DNA from: Gammaproteobacteria bacterium | GTDB lineage: Bacteria; Pseudomonadota; Gammaproteobacteria; JAJFKG01 | Assembly (NCBI GenBank): GCA_965116795.1 | Contig: OZ220716.1 | Coordinates: 490,503-554,502, forward strand | Length of the DNA: 64,000 bases | Reading direction: 5' to 3' | In this document: positions 31,045 to 42,146 of the stretch, piece after piece | How the letters are laid out: each line of letters starts with the position of its first letter | How positions within the stretch are numbered: the first letter of the stretch is position 1 | Translations under genes and position numbers: made by a program | The notes under the pieces: model-generated | Told to the model about the DNA's origin: nothing | The model's input: the letters and a program-made list of their open reading frames with translations, nothing else | The model's database searches: none

Positions 31045-32433
31045 ATGGCCATAGCCCCTTCACGCCGCTCTAATAAAGCATTAAGCGTATTCTCATTAGT
31101 GATGATCAACGTTATTGCTGTCGACAGCTTGCGTAGCTTACCGATTAGCGCTGAATACGGTTTATCCCTGATATTCTTTTATGCCATCGGCGCTATTTGC
31201 TTTTTCATCCCAACTTGCTTAGTCACCGCTGAACTAGCAACAGGTTGGCCAGAGACAGGGGGATTATATGTTTGGATCAGAGAAGCATTTGGTAAACGTT
31301 GGGGATTGCTCGCGATTTGGCTACAGTGGATTTACAACATTGTTTGGTATCCAACTATCCTAGCATTCTTATCAGCAACCCTGGCATATTTAATCGATCC
31401 ACATTTAGCTGAAAACCGTACGTATACCTTGATTTGCGTCATGATTATTTTCTGGAGTGTAACAACCATTAACTGCCTTGGGATCCGCGCATCCAGTTGG
31501 CTAAGCTCTGTTGGTGCATTACTCGGTACCTTAGTGCCAATGTTATTTATTATTATATTAAGTTGCATCTGGCTGTTAACCCATCACGATAGTGCTACAC
31601 CAATTACTGTTAATGCATTACTACCAAACGGACACACCGCACATAACATTGGTTTTTTCATCGCGATCTTATTTGGGTTGCTTGGTATGGAGATGTCTGC
31701 AATGCATGCAGGCGATGTTAATAATCCACAACGTGATTATCCACGCGCTTTATTAATTTCAGCTATTGTGATTTTACTGTCACTGGTATTAGCATCATTA
31801 GCGATTGCTATTGTATTACCTCAAGACCAAATCAGCTTGGTGTCTGGTTTAATTCAAGCATATCAAGCTTTCTTTAATGTCTTTCACTTAACTTGGATGA
31901 CACCCGTGATCATTGTCTTAATCATTATCGGAGGGATGAGTTGTGTTGGTGCATGGTTAATTGGCCCAGCACGCGGATTGATGGTCGCCAGTCAAGATGG
32001 CTATTTACCACGTGTCTTTTGTGTGTGTAATCGTTTTGGTGCACCACAACGCATTTTGCTAACCCAAGGTGGTATTTTTACCGTGCTGTGTACCGTATTT
32101 CTGTTGATGCCAACGGTTAGTAGCTCTTATTGGGTATTGTCAGTACTAACTGCACAATTAGCATTAATTGTTTATATTCTGTTTTTTGCTGCCGGGTTAC
32201 GCTTACATTATCGACAGGCACTTGTTACACGTGCTTATCGTATTCCCGGTGGAAAAGTGGGTATTTGGCTAGTGTGTGGTATTGGGATCATCACCTGTGT
32301 TGCTGCCATTTTAATTGGTTTCTTACCACCAGATGACTTGCAAATTGGTAGTTTAATCACGTACGAAGGCATTTTGTTAAGTGGATTAGTGATATTTTGC
32401 GGGATCCCGTGGTTATTTCGTAAAAAACAATAA
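31045..32433 (+). CDS. APC-family amino acid permease (GadC-like)
   Basis: LSVFSLVMINV, AELATGWPETGGLYVW, GMEMSA, NPQRDYP; about 12 TM. Confidence 0.85.
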   Translation: MAIAPSRRSNKALSVFSLVMINVIAVDSLRSLPISAEYGLSLIFFYAIGAICFFIPTCLVTAELATGWPETGGLYVWIREAFGKRWGLLAIWLQWIYNIVWYPTILAFLSATLAYLIDPHLAENRTYTLICVMIIFWSVTTINCLGIRASSWLSSVGALLGTLVPMLFIIILSCIWLLTHHDSATPITVNALLPNGHTAHNIGFFIAILFGLLGMEMSAMHAGDVNNPQRDYPRALLISAIVILLSLVLASLAIAIVLPQDQISLVSGLIQAYQAFFNVFHLTWMTPVIIVLIIIGGMSCVGAWLIGPARGLMVASQDGYLPRVFCVCNRFGAPQRILLTQGGIFTVLCTVFLLMPTVSSSYWVLSVLTAQLALIVYILFFAAGLRLHYRQALVTRAYRIPGGKVGIWLVCGIGIITCVAAILIGFLPPDDLQIGSLITYEGILLSGLVIFCGIPWLFRKKQ

Positions 32434-32448
32434 CTTGTTAAATTAACA

Positions 32449-33204
32449 TTAGGTAAAATCACCATAATACGTCTGCAATGCACTAACTACAGCTAATGCA
32501 GCTGTTTCTGTGCGCAACACACGACTGCCAAAGCGTAACATGGTGAAACCATGTTGCTTGGCTATTTCATGTTCTTGTGGACTAAAACCACCTTCACAAC
32601 CAATTGCAATGGTAACTGTTGTTAACTGTTGTGTAGCAAATACATTTTTTAATATAGACGTTCCATCTGGTGATAATAACAAGCGCAATTGTGGTGACTG
32701 ATCAGCTATTACCTGAGGTAACCAACGAGCAAATTCGATGGGCATTGCTAATTGCATCAACTGATTACGCCCACATTGCTCACTGGCACTGATGATCACA
32801 CCTTGCCAATGTTGCATACGCTTTTGTAAGCGTTCAGTGGTTAATTTAATATTACTAAATTCAGTAAATACTGGAATAAACCGTGACACACCTAATTCAA
32901 CCGCTTTTTGAATAATAAAATCCATTTTATCGCCGCGTGCTAATGCGTGTACTAAGGTAATGGATAACGGCGATTCACGATCAATAGTTACCTTATCGAC
33001 CACTCTGACCATAGCATGGCGCTTATGTGGATCAACTAATATTGCATGATATTCAATTCCACTACCATCAAACACACACAACTTGGCATTAGCTATCAAA
33101 CGTAACACACTAACCACATGACGTGATGCATTTTCTGTTAATTGCAATTCAGTTTGTATACCAATGAATGTTGGATGATAAATTCGCGGGGTTAGCATAG
33201 ACAA
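32449..33204 (-). CDS. rsmE: 16S rRNA m3U1498 methyltransferase
   Basis: HVVSVLR, KMDFIIQKAVELGV, ASEQCGR, IGCEGGF, RVLRTETA. Confidence 0.95.
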   Translation of the reverse strand: MSMLTPRIYHPTFIGIQTELQLTENASRHVVSVLRLIANAKLCVFDGSGIEYHAILVDPHKRHAMVRVVDKVTIDRESPLSITLVHALARGDKMDFIIQKAVELGVSRFIPVFTEFSNIKLTTERLQKRMQHWQGVIISASEQCGRNQLMQLAMPIEFARWLPQVIADQSPQLRLLLSPDGTSILKNVFATQQLTTVTIAIGCEGGFSPQEHEIAKQHGFTMLRFGSRVLRTETAALAVVSALQTYYGDFT

Positions 33205-34050
33205 TTAACGTGTTAATTGCAGCAAGCGACACAGTTGCATACACGCTGTTGCTTGATTTAATGTATAAAAGTGGAACCCAGGTACACCTTGTTGACGTAG
33301 ACATTCACATAATTTAGTTACAACCTCTAAGCCAAACGCACGTAAGCTTTCTAAATCATCACCAAAATCAGCTAGGCGTTTACGCAACCACTGTGGTAAT
33401 TCTGCACCGCAGCTATCTGAAAAACGTGCTAATTGTTTGTAGTTAGTGATTGGCATGATCCCTGGCAAAATAGGAACAGTGATATCAGTTTTCATGCAAT
33501 TATCGCGTAAATAAAAATACGCATCACTGTTATAAAAATATTGGGTAATAATCGCATCAGCGCCTTGATCAACTTTATGTTTTAAATAGGTTAAATCAGT
33601 GGTTACGCTGGTAGATTCTGGATGATATTCAGGATACGCTGCGACATAAATAGTGAAATGGTCACCCGTGGTATCACGAACAAACTTGACTAATTCACTG
33701 GCATAGCGCAATTCACCAACATCATTACCCACACCAGAGGGTTTATCGCCGCGCAACACAACTAATTTTGTCACACCGTGCTGTTGATAGTCAGTAAGTA
33801 ATGTTTTAATTGCCTGTTTGGTCGAATGCACACATGAGATATGCGGCACACATTCAACAGTTGTGTGTTGTGATAATCGATTAACTGTCTCTTGGGTACC
33901 GTGTTGCACTGAACCACTGGCACCAAATGTTATTGAAAAAAAATCCGGCGATAAGGCTGCTAACTCGGTTGCTGTTTGCAATAATGTTGCACATGCTGAT
34001 TCAGTCCGTGGTGGAAAGAATTCAAAACTGAGATGCAGCCGTTCAGACAT
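33205..34050 (-). CDS. metF: 5,10-methylenetetrahydrofolate reductase
   Basis: SFEFFPP, LRGD, AAYPEYHP, ITQYFY, FHFYTLN. Confidence 0.95.
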   Translation of the reverse strand: MSERLHLSFEFFPPRTESACATLLQTATELAALSPDFFSITFGASGSVQHGTQETVNRLSQHTTVECVPHISCVHSTKQAIKTLLTDYQQHGVTKLVVLRGDKPSGVGNDVGELRYASELVKFVRDTTGDHFTIYVAAYPEYHPESTSVTTDLTYLKHKVDQGADAIITQYFYNSDAYFYLRDNCMKTDITVPILPGIMPITNYKQLARFSDSCGAELPQWLRKRLADFGDDLESLRAFGLEVVTKLCECLRQQGVPGFHFYTLNQATACMQLCRLLQLTR

Positions 34051-34067
34051 AGTCACTTACTTAATGT

Positions 34068-35387
34068 TTAGTAACGATAATGTTCCGGTTTATAAGGTCC
34101 ATCAACCGACATTGACAAATAATCAGCCTGCTGCTGAGTTAGCGTTGTCAATGTTGCCCCTATCTGTTTTAAATGTAGTTTCGCTACTTTCTCATCCAAG
34201 GCTTTTGACAATACGTACACTTGATTGGCGTAATTTTTATGATGTTGCCACAATTCAATTTGCGCTAACACTTGATTGGCAAATGAATTCGACATGACAA
34301 AACTAGGATGGCCAGTGGCACAACCTAAATTCACCAAACGTCCTTCAGCCAATAAAATGATCCGCTTACCATCAGGGAGAATGACGTGATCTACTTGTGG
34401 TTTAATGTTTTCCCACTGGTATTGACGCAGTGATGCCACATCAATTTCTGAATCAAAATGGCCAATGTTACATACAATACTATTATGTCGCATTTGTTGC
34501 ATATGTTCGTGAGTAATGACATCGATATTACCTGTGCACGTAATAAAGATATCGCCTTGACTAGCAACATCATCCATGGTGACCACACGATACCCTTCCA
34601 TAGCTGCTTGCAGCGCACAAATCGGATCGATTTCGGTAACACATACGATCGCCCCTAAACCACGTAATGCTTGCGCGCAGCCTTTACCAACATCACCGTA
34701 ACCTAGCACAACAGCCGTTTTACCAGCAATCATGACATCTGTAGCACGTTTAATTCCATCCATTAATGATTCACGACAACCATATAAGTTATCGAATTTA
34801 GATTTAGTGACTGAATCATTGACATTAATTGCAGGTGTTAATAATGCATTATCGCGTGCCATTTGGTATAAACGGTGTACGCCAGTAGTAGTCTCTTCTG
34901 AAAGACCACGAATATCCTTTAATAATTCGGGATAGTCATCATGTAACATTTTAGTGAGATCACCACCGTCATCTAACACTAAGTTTGGTCGCCAACCCTC
35001 TTTACCAATAATAGTTTGGCGAATACACCACCAAAATTCTTCATCAGTTTCCCCTTTCCACGCAAAGGTTGGGATCCCTGCTTTGGCCATTGCTGCTGCT
35101 GCATGATCTTGGGTTGAATAAATATTACAGGACGACCAACGTAACTCAGCACCTAACGCAACTAAGGTTTCCATTAACACGGCTGTTTGAATAGTCATGT
35201 GCAAACAACCAGCAATATGCGCACCCTTTAATGGTTGCTTGCCTTTATACTCAGCACGTAATGCCATTAATCCTGGCATTTGTGTTTCGGCAATCGCAAT
35301 CTCTTTGCGTCCCCAATCGGCTAACGCCATATCTGCAACTTTATAATCAATTTGACGTGTTGTTGGCTTTTCAGCAACCATAACCAT
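34068..35387 (-). CDS. ahcY: Adenosylhomocysteinase
   Basis: [36 protein letters not shown]; start re-assigned to ATG 35387 (GGAGG RBS). Confidence 0.96.
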   Translation of the reverse strand: MVMVAEKPTTRQIDYKVADMALADWGRKEIAIAETQMPGLMALRAEYKGKQPLKGAHIAGCLHMTIQTAVLMETLVALGAELRWSSCNIYSTQDHAAAAMAKAGIPTFAWKGETDEEFWWCIRQTIIGKEGWRPNLVLDDGGDLTKMLHDDYPELLKDIRGLSEETTTGVHRLYQMARDNALLTPAINVNDSVTKSKFDNLYGCRESLMDGIKRATDVMIAGKTAVVLGYGDVGKGCAQALRGLGAIVCVTEIDPICALQAAMEGYRVVTMDDVASQGDIFITCTGNIDVITHEHMQQMRHNSIVCNIGHFDSEIDVASLRQYQWENIKPQVDHVILPDGKRIILLAEGRLVNLGCATGHPSFVMSNSFANQVLAQIELWQHHKNYANQVYVLSKALDEKVAKLHLKQIGATLTTLTQQQADYLSMSVDGPYKPEHYRY

Positions 35388-35414
35388 GTGATCCTCCAGA
35401 TGACTTATACAGAC

Positions 35415-35541
35415 TATACTCAAAGCATTTTGAATTTAGGCGAGGCGGCAAGCCTGCGAACAACAGGAGTGTATTGAAATACATGACTGTTGTGAACGGG
35501 TGCAGCCAACAAAGCATAAATTTTAAAATGCGAAGAGTATA
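35415..35541. repeat. ERIC-like element, 127 bp, 1 bp after the metK stop
   Basis: tatactcaaagcattttgaatttaggcgaggcggcaag...caggagtgtattgaaatacatgactg...gcagccaac...cgaagagtata. Confidence 0.9.
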
Positions 35542-35542
35542 A

Positions 35543-36742
35543 TTAAAACGATTCATGTGCAACTTCAGGTAACTGCTTACTGGCATCAGCACGCAATACA
35601 CTCGCTTTATCAGTATGCTCCCAGGTAAAATTAGGTTCTTCGCGCCCAAAGTGTCCATAAGTGGCCGTTGATTGATAAATCGGTCGACGCAAATCAAGCA
35701 TGTCAATTAATCCACTGGGACGCAAGTCAAAGTGTTTACGCACTAATGCAATGATTTCTGCGTCAGGCACGTGATTAGTATTGAATGTATCGATACTGAT
35801 CGAGGTTGGTTCAGCAACCCCAATTGCGTAAGAGACTTGAATTTCACAGCGATCAGCCAAACCAGCAGCCACAATATTTTTAGCAACATAACGTCCAGCA
35901 TAAGCAGCCGAACGATCGACCTTACTCGGATCTTTTCCTGAGAAACAACCACCACCGTGACGCGCCATACCACCATAGGTATCCACAATGATTTTGCGCC
36001 CGGTTAATCCACAATCACCTAATGGTCCACCAATCACAAAACGACCTGTTGGATTCACAAATAGTCTGGTTTGTTTGCTAAACCATGCTGCTGGCAGCAC
36101 TGGTTTAATGATCTCTTCGATCACTGCCTCGACTAAATCTTTTTGTTTAATCTCCGGCGCATGTTGGGTAGATAACACGACAGCATCCACGCCAATCGGT
36201 TTACCATTGCGATCATATTGTAAAGTCACTTGGCTTTTGGCATCAGGACGTAACCATGGCAATTGACCATTCTTACGTAACTCGGATTGACGCTTCACTA
36301 AACGGTGCGCAAACGTAATCGGCGCTGGCATCAGTACTTTAGTAGAGTTAGTGGCATAACCAAACATTAACCCTTGATCACCGGCACCTTGTTCTTGTTG
36401 TTGATTAGTTGTCTTATCAACGCCTAAGGCAATGTCTGCCGATTGCTTACCAATCGCTGACATCACTGCACACGATTCCCAATCAAATCCCATATCAGAA
36501 TGGTTATAGCCGATATCTTTGACAACGTTGCGCACAATGTCTTCAATGTCTACCCAGGCATTTGTGCGAATTTCACCGCCAACTAAAACCATACCGGTTT
36601 TAACAAAGGTTTCACATGCCACCCGACAGTGTGTATCTTGGGTTAAGATTGCATCTAACACTGCATCTGAAATTTGATCAGCAATCTTATCCGGATGTCC
36701 TTCTGACACGGACTCTGAAGTGAACAATACATGATCTTCCAT
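35543..36742 (-). CDS. metK: S-adenosylmethionine synthase
   Basis: [40 protein letters not shown]. Confidence 0.97.
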   Translation of the reverse strand: MEDHVLFTSESVSEGHPDKIADQISDAVLDAILTQDTHCRVACETFVKTGMVLVGGEIRTNAWVDIEDIVRNVVKDIGYNHSDMGFDWESCAVMSAIGKQSADIALGVDKTTNQQQEQGAGDQGLMFGYATNSTKVLMPAPITFAHRLVKRQSELRKNGQLPWLRPDAKSQVTLQYDRNGKPIGVDAVVLSTQHAPEIKQKDLVEAVIEEIIKPVLPAAWFSKQTRLFVNPTGRFVIGGPLGDCGLTGRKIIVDTYGGMARHGGGCFSGKDPSKVDRSAAYAGRYVAKNIVAAGLADRCEIQVSYAIGVAEPTSISIDTFNTNHVPDAEIIALVRKHFDLRPSGLIDMLDLRRPIYQSTATYGHFGREEPNFTWEHTDKASVLRADASKQLPEVAHESF

Positions 36743-36853
36743 CTGGCTACCCCCCTCATTTGCGGTGAGCTGCCGATGATACGCGGATTTTATTCAGAAA
36801 TCATCCCTAGATGTGGCTTGTTGAGCGAGTAATTAATATTATTCGGAAGCGTT

Positions 36854-37507
36854 TTATTTTTTTGATGACAGAGCTTCACAAGGCAAACATGGAAAATCAA
36901 CAATTGCGTATTTGACAATATCATTTGTTTTATCACCATCAACCCATGCCGTGTTGTCAGTAGTAACATCCATATCATCGTCACCATTCGCTAGCGAAGT
37001 CAGTGTAATTTGTGAAGAGAGTACTAGTACTTGATCACACACATTAAGGAAATCACCAGCAATATTTTTATCACGCAATGAAATGCTGATGGTAAATTCT
37101 TTTTTAGGAGAATTCATTTTAAATTGATAAGCAAATTGATCCACATCAGGTTGATTATTATTTGTATGTATAATTCCAAACAAGCTTGTTGCGATTGCTA
37201 ATTTAATGTCTGCTAAATACCAATCATTTGCGGTTATCTTGTAGTACATCAGCCATTTATCTTCACCATCCTCGTTAATATTTGTCACCGTCACATTACC
37301 AATTGTTTGTTTTTCATCTGTTTTTAACATAAAGACCAATGGATCTTTTAATCCGACAACGGCATCAGCCACTTGGCTTCTTGGAACAATTGAGCTACCG
37401 GGACCGCAAGCTGTTGCGTACACACTATTTATTGGCAACACCAACAATATCAATGCACCACGCAAACATAAGTTTGGTAACCTTATCCAACACCTTCCTG
37501 TATTCAC
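36854..37507 (-). CDS. Hypothetical exported beta-rich protein
   Basis: Signal peptide (VYA), IGNVTVTN...WYLADIKL...QFAY...TAWVDG; several Cys. Confidence 0.6.
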   Translation of the reverse strand: MNTGRCWIRLPNLCLRGALILLVLPINSVYATACGPGSSIVPRSQVADAVVGLKDPLVFMLKTDEKQTIGNVTVTNINEDGEDKWLMYYKITANDWYLADIKLAIATSLFGIIHTNNNQPDVDQFAYQFKMNSPKKEFTISISLRDKNIAGDFLNVCDQVLVLSSQITLTSLANGDDDMDVTTDNTAWVDGDKTNDIVKYAIVDFPCLPCEALSSKK

Positions 37508-37732
37508 AGTGCCTCCATTGGCGAAATGCTTGTTTGAACTACTATTTCGACGTTATATATAACGGTAAAGTTCCCGTTTTATTGGTAAATTTGAACTATA
37601 GAAAAAAAATTTTCGCGAAATATCAAATGGTTAGATAGTAGGAGGATTGGTTTATACAAAAACAAGCTAACTATTCAAGCATATCTGGGATTTACTTGCT
37701 AAATACCACTAATTTAGTTTGCTGAAAAGCAA

Positions 37733-38329
37733 TCAATTACTCGACGAGCTAAACCAATTATTCAATTGTTCTTTTGCTTCATCGATTCCAATTGCTTTGG
37801 TAGCTGAAAACAGTTGTACACTCGCATTATATTGACTTAATGTATTATTGACCGTTGATAAGCTGGCTTTAGCTGCACTAAATGATAACTTATCTACTTT
37901 GGTTAATAATACGTGTAACGGTACGTTGCTATGCTGTGCCCATCTAATCATGTGTTGATCGGTTTCTTTTAGTGGATGACGACAATCCATGAGTAACACT
38001 AATCCTCGCAAACATTGGCGATCAAGCAAATACTGTTGTAGTAATTGTTCCCAATTGGCTTTAATCGTTTGGCTGACTTTAGCGTAGCCATAACCAGGCA
38101 AATCAATCAAACGATTCGTATCATCTAAACAAAAAATATTAATTAATTGAGTGCGGCCTGGCGTTTTACTAATCCTGGCTAATTGCTTATGTTGGGTAAT
38201 TGCATTTAATGCACTGGATTTTCCTGCATTTGACCGACCAACAAAGGCTACTTCAGCACCCTTATCTTCTGGTAACTGTGCTAAGTTGGCAGCACTGTGG
38301 GAAAAATAAATATTATGGTAATTGATCAT
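37733..38329 (-). CDS. yihA: Ribosome biogenesis GTPase YihA/EngB
   Basis: GRSNAGKSS, SKTPGRTQLIN, DLPGYG, LTKVDK. Confidence 0.95.
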   Translation of the reverse strand: MINYHNIYFSHSAANLAQLPEDKGAEVAFVGRSNAGKSSALNAITQHKQLARISKTPGRTQLINIFCLDDTNRLIDLPGYGYAKVSQTIKANWEQLLQQYLLDRQCLRGLVLLMDCRHPLKETDQHMIRWAQHSNVPLHVLLTKVDKLSFSAAKASLSTVNNTLSQYNASVQLFSATKAIGIDEAKEQLNNWFSSSSN

Positions 38330-38460
38330 CTATTATCGGCTCAATATATTTGTTATCCTCATTGAACATAGACTAACCTATATTTTTCAGTTATAAAAGC
38401 ACATTGTGTTAGCCCATGCTAAGATTAACCTTGAATAAAATAACTGCGGAATCAAAAACT

Positions 38461-39234
38461 ATGTATTTATATACTCAAAGCGTTTTGAATGTAGGCGAGG
38501 CAGCAAGTCTTCAAATCAACAAGAGTGTATTGAAATACATGACTGTTGTGAGGAGGCGTAGCCAACGAAGACCTAAATTTAAAACGCGAAGAGTATACCA
38601 GCCACTACGCTATGTGATTAGCATCATTACACTGACAATCATAACTAACGCTTATGCTGCACCGACGTTTATCGCTGGCAAAGATTATCGGGCACTATCA
38701 CCTACTGCGCGTTCTGCTGCTGCTAATCTTGCACCTGATGCCACTGAACAACCTACTGTTATTGAATTCTTTAGTTATGGTTGCCCGGCATGTTATCGTT
38801 TAGAACCAGACATGAAAAAATGGGTTGCCGGTAAACCAGCTAATGTACACTTTCAACGGATCCCAGTAACATTTCAACCTGGCTGGAACGAATATGCTAA
38901 AGCATATTATATTGCCGAATCATTAGGTATCTTAAACAAGATCACGCCTGCCATGTTTAATGCTATTCATGTTAAACATGATAATCTCGCTCAAACAACT
39001 GCGCTAGCAAAATTGTTCGCTCAATACGGCGTTAGCCAAACTCAATTTAATGCTATTTTTCAACAGTCACCAGCATTGACACTAGCCATAGCAAATGGTG
39101 ATAAACTGATGCAACTATATGGCATTAATGCAGTGCCGACTATTATTGTGAATAACCACTATGTAACATCTGCTGTAATGACAGGTGACTCAACTAAATT
39201 ATTTCAAGTGATTGACTATTTAATTAAGAAATAA
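38461..39234 (+). CDS. dsbA: Thiol:disulfide oxidoreductase DsbA with a 42-aa element-derived N-terminal insertion
   Basis: EFFSYGCPAC active site, AVP cis-Pro, AYA signal cleavage; divergent from yihA. Confidence 0.88.
   Translation: MYLYTQSVLNVGEAASLQINKSVLKYMTVVRRRSQRRPKFKTRRVYQPLRYVISIITLTIITNAYAAPTFIAGKDYRALSPTARSAAANLAPDATEQPTVIEFFSYGCPACYRLEPDMKKWVAGKPANVHFQRIPVTFQPGWNEYAKAYYIAESLGILNKITPAMFNAIHVKHDNLAQTTALAKLFAQYGVSQTQFNAIFQQSPALTLAIANGDKLMQLYGINAVPTIIVNNHYVTSAVMTGDSTKLFQVIDYLIKK
38470..38597. repeat. ERIC-like element (128 bp) inside the dsbA reading frame
   Basis: tatactcaaagcgttttgaatgtaggcgaggcagcaag...gagtgtattgaaatacatgactg...gtagccaac...cgaagagtata. Confidence 0.9.
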
Positions 39235-39270
39235 ATTAATAAGTAACGCTATAACTTGCACTTAAGAGTA

Positions 39271-41451
39271 ATGCAAATGACTGCTAATCTACACCATCCA
39301 CTCATCGCAACACTAAACGATGCGCAGGCAGATGCAGTACGTGCCCCATTGGGAAAATTGTTAGTATTAGCCGGTGCAGGCAGTGGTAAAACCCGTGTAT
39401 TAGTTCATCGTATCGCTTGGTTATTACAACATCACGATGCCTCTCCTTATAGTATTTTAGCCGTGACATTTACTAACAAAGCAGCCGGTGAAATGCGTGC
39501 ACGTATTGAAGCATTGCTAGGACGCTCAATTGCCGGGATGTGGGTTGGCACCTTCCATAGCCTAGCACATCGCCTTTTACGCACACATTGGCGTGATGCT
39601 AATCTACCTGAACATTTCCAAATTCTCGACGCAGATGATCAACACCGTTTGATTAAACGTTTAATCAAAGAATTAGGCATTGACGACACTAAATTTGCAC
39701 CGCGACAAGTACAATGGTACATCAATGCTAAAAAAGATGAAGGATTGCGTGCTCAACAATTACAAGATGACGGCCATATTAGTGAACGTACTCTTATTAA
39801 GATTTATGTTGCATATGAGGATGCGTGTACGCGTGCTGGTTTAGTTGATTTTGCTGAATTGTTATTACGTTCACATGAATTATGGTCAACACACCCTGAA
39901 TTATTACAACACTATCAACAACGCTTTAAACACATTCTAATCGATGAATTTCAAGATACCAATACGATTCAATATGCGTGGATTTCATCATTAACCACCG
40001 ATGATACTGACTTGATGATCGTCGGTGATGATGATCAATCTATTTATGGTTGGCGTGGCGCTAAGATCGAAAATATTCATCAATTCCAACATGATTTTAA
40101 TAATGTTCATATTATACGTTTAGAACAAAATTACCGATCAACCAGTATTATTTTACGCGCAGCCAATGGATTAATTCAACATAATGATAGTCGCTTAGGA
40201 AAAAACCTGTGGACAGCGGATGAATCCGGCGAGTTGATTCAATTATATTGCGCTTACAATGAACGTGACGAAGCCCATTATATTGTAAATTGTATCCGTC
40301 AATGGTTAAGCAATCACGATACCTGTTGTCGTGATATTGCTATTCTATATCGCTCCAATGCACAGTCCCGTGTTTTGGAAGAGGCATTACTGCGTGCTGA
40401 TTTACCGTATCGTGTGTACGGTGGCATGCGTTTCTTTGAACGTGCTGAAATTAAAAGTGCGCTGGCTTATTTACGTTTAGCCGTTAACCGCGATGATGAT
40501 GCTGCATTTGAGCGTATCGTAAACTTGCCTACCCGTGGCATTGGTGATCGCACCATAATGACATTGCGTGACATGGCACACACACGAGGAATATCATTAT
40601 GGCAAGCATCACAACAGGTGGTTATCGAAAAAAACCTAAACGCACGTGCTTGTAATGCAATTGAGCACTTCCTACAATTGATGGATCGACTCACCGTTGG
40701 TCTACAGGATATTGAATTAGCCGAGCAAATTGAACACGCATTGACTGTGAGTGGCTTACTACAACACTATCAACAAGAACACAGTGAAGCAGCACGTGCC
40801 CGAGTTGAAAACTTAGAAGAATTAATCAGTGCAGCAAGGCAATTTCAATTCGATGATCACAATAATGAAGATATCTTAACTACATTTTTAGCAACGGCCG
40901 CATTAGAAGCAGGTGAGCAACAAAGTGAAGCAGGTGAAGATTATGTACAGTTAATGACATTGCATTCAGCGAAAGGGTTAGAATTTCCGGTTGTCTTTTT
41001 AGCTGGGATGGAAGAAGGGTTATTTCCACACTTTATGTCAGCTACTGAACCAAATCGTTTAGAAGAAGAAAGACGTCTATGTTACGTTGGGGTCACACGT
41101 GCAAAACAACAATTATATTTAACCTATGCAGAATCACGTTATCAACGTGGCTCAGAATCCAGGCAACGGCCATCTCGCTTTATTCAAGAAATACCCAAAG
41201 ACTGTATGCAAGAAGTACGGCCACGTACAACCATCACACGACCTGTTACCCAACTTCGCCGTCAACATATCGATTATTCACAACATGAAGATACCAACTT
41301 ACGTATTGGTCAACACGTAAAACATAAAAAGTTCGGTCTAGGGACAATACTTAATTTTGAAGGTGGCGGCAATCACACCCGTGTACAAGTGCGTTTTGAA
41401 TCGGGTGAGAGTAAATGGTTAGTTGCGTCTTATGTGGAGTTGGAGACATAA
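39271..41451 (+). CDS. uvrD: DNA helicase II
   Basis: LAGAGSGKTRVL, TFTNKAA, DEFQDTN, LEQNYRS, HSAKGLEF, EEERRLCYV. Confidence 0.96.
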   Translation: MQMTANLHHPLIATLNDAQADAVRAPLGKLLVLAGAGSGKTRVLVHRIAWLLQHHDASPYSILAVTFTNKAAGEMRARIEALLGRSIAGMWVGTFHSLAHRLLRTHWRDANLPEHFQILDADDQHRLIKRLIKELGIDDTKFAPRQVQWYINAKKDEGLRAQQLQDDGHISERTLIKIYVAYEDACTRAGLVDFAELLLRSHELWSTHPELLQHYQQRFKHILIDEFQDTNTIQYAWISSLTTDDTDLMIVGDDDQSIYGWRGAKIENIHQFQHDFNNVHIIRLEQNYRSTSIILRAANGLIQHNDSRLGKNLWTADESGELIQLYCAYNERDEAHYIVNCIRQWLSNHDTCCRDIAILYRSNAQSRVLEEALLRADLPYRVYGGMRFFERAEIKSALAYLRLAVNRDDDAAFERIVNLPTRGIGDRTIMTLRDMAHTRGISLWQASQQVVIEKNLNARACNAIEHFLQLMDRLTVGLQDIELAEQIEHALTVSGLLQHYQQEHSEAARARVENLEELISAARQFQFDDHNNEDILTTFLATAALEAGEQQSEAGEDYVQLMTLHSAKGLEFPVVFLAGMEEGLFPHFMSATEPNRLEEERRLCYVGVTRAKQQLYLTYAESRYQRGSESRQRPSRFIQEIPKDCMQEVRPRTTITRPVTQLRRQHIDYSQHEDTNLRIGQHVKHKKFGLGTILNFEGGGNHTRVQVRFESGESKWLVASYVELET

Positions 41452-41499
41452 TTCTGGAAAGCCTACAGTACAGACTCCTCAGAATGACATTACTCTAGC

Positions 41500-42051
41500 T
41501 CATTGCATCGATGCAATTCTTAATGTTGGACAAGTTACTTTTTCTTGCTGTGCAGCACGTTTCAATGCACTTATTGCTTGTATACCAACACCAGATGCAT
41601 AGATATCCAATTTGGTTTTGTTAACTGTTAATTTATGTAGATTAGCAACCAATACATAGTACCCTTTAGGAGGCACAGTAACTGGACGATTCATATTAGG
41701 CTTGCCTTGTATACTTAATTGAGCATATTGATTACTGATCTGATTCATTGTTGAAGTCACATCAGTGTAAGCCACTTTGCTTTTTATCCCACCTATGGGC
41801 GAATGGCGAACACGTACATCTAAACATCTGTAGGCAAACCGATCCATTGCTTTGACAACATCAAGATAATTGCGTGAAACAATTTGAGTATTGTGTACTC
41901 CCGTCATATTGTTTTGCACAATACTATTGACAAATGCGTCTGCAGTCAGTGGTACTGTGTATTCATTCTTTGTCGATGCCAATGGATGACAACCATATAA
42001 TAATATAGTGGTACTAACAATTAATAATGTTGATAACAATCGTCTTTGCAT
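41500..42051 (-). CDS. Hypothetical lipoprotein
   Basis: MQRRLLSTLLIVSTTILLYGC lipobox-like signal. Confidence 0.65.
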   Translation of the reverse strand: MQRRLLSTLLIVSTTILLYGCHPLASTKNEYTVPLTADAFVNSIVQNNMTGVHNTQIVSRNYLDVVKAMDRFAYRCLDVRVRHSPIGGIKSKVAYTDVTSTMNQISNQYAQLSIQGKPNMNRPVTVPPKGYYVLVANLHKLTVNKTKLDIYASGVGIQAISALKRAAQQEKVTCPTLRIASMQ

Positions 42052-42146
42052 CGCTCTCTCCAAGCTCAAATCAGTAGCAGATTGTGAGTGATGATAGTCA
42101 CTGAGTCAATAGTTCTTAAAAGAGATACGTCTAAAACGCGAAGAGT

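Noticed and set aside
35388-35542. SAH riboswitch upstream of ahcY
   Set aside because: The space is filled by an ERIC-like copy and I found no SAH-aptamer motif.
41452-41499. REP-like ends (ctcagaatgaca here; ctggaatgaca at ~26862)
   Set aside because: Too short and degenerate to call as elements.
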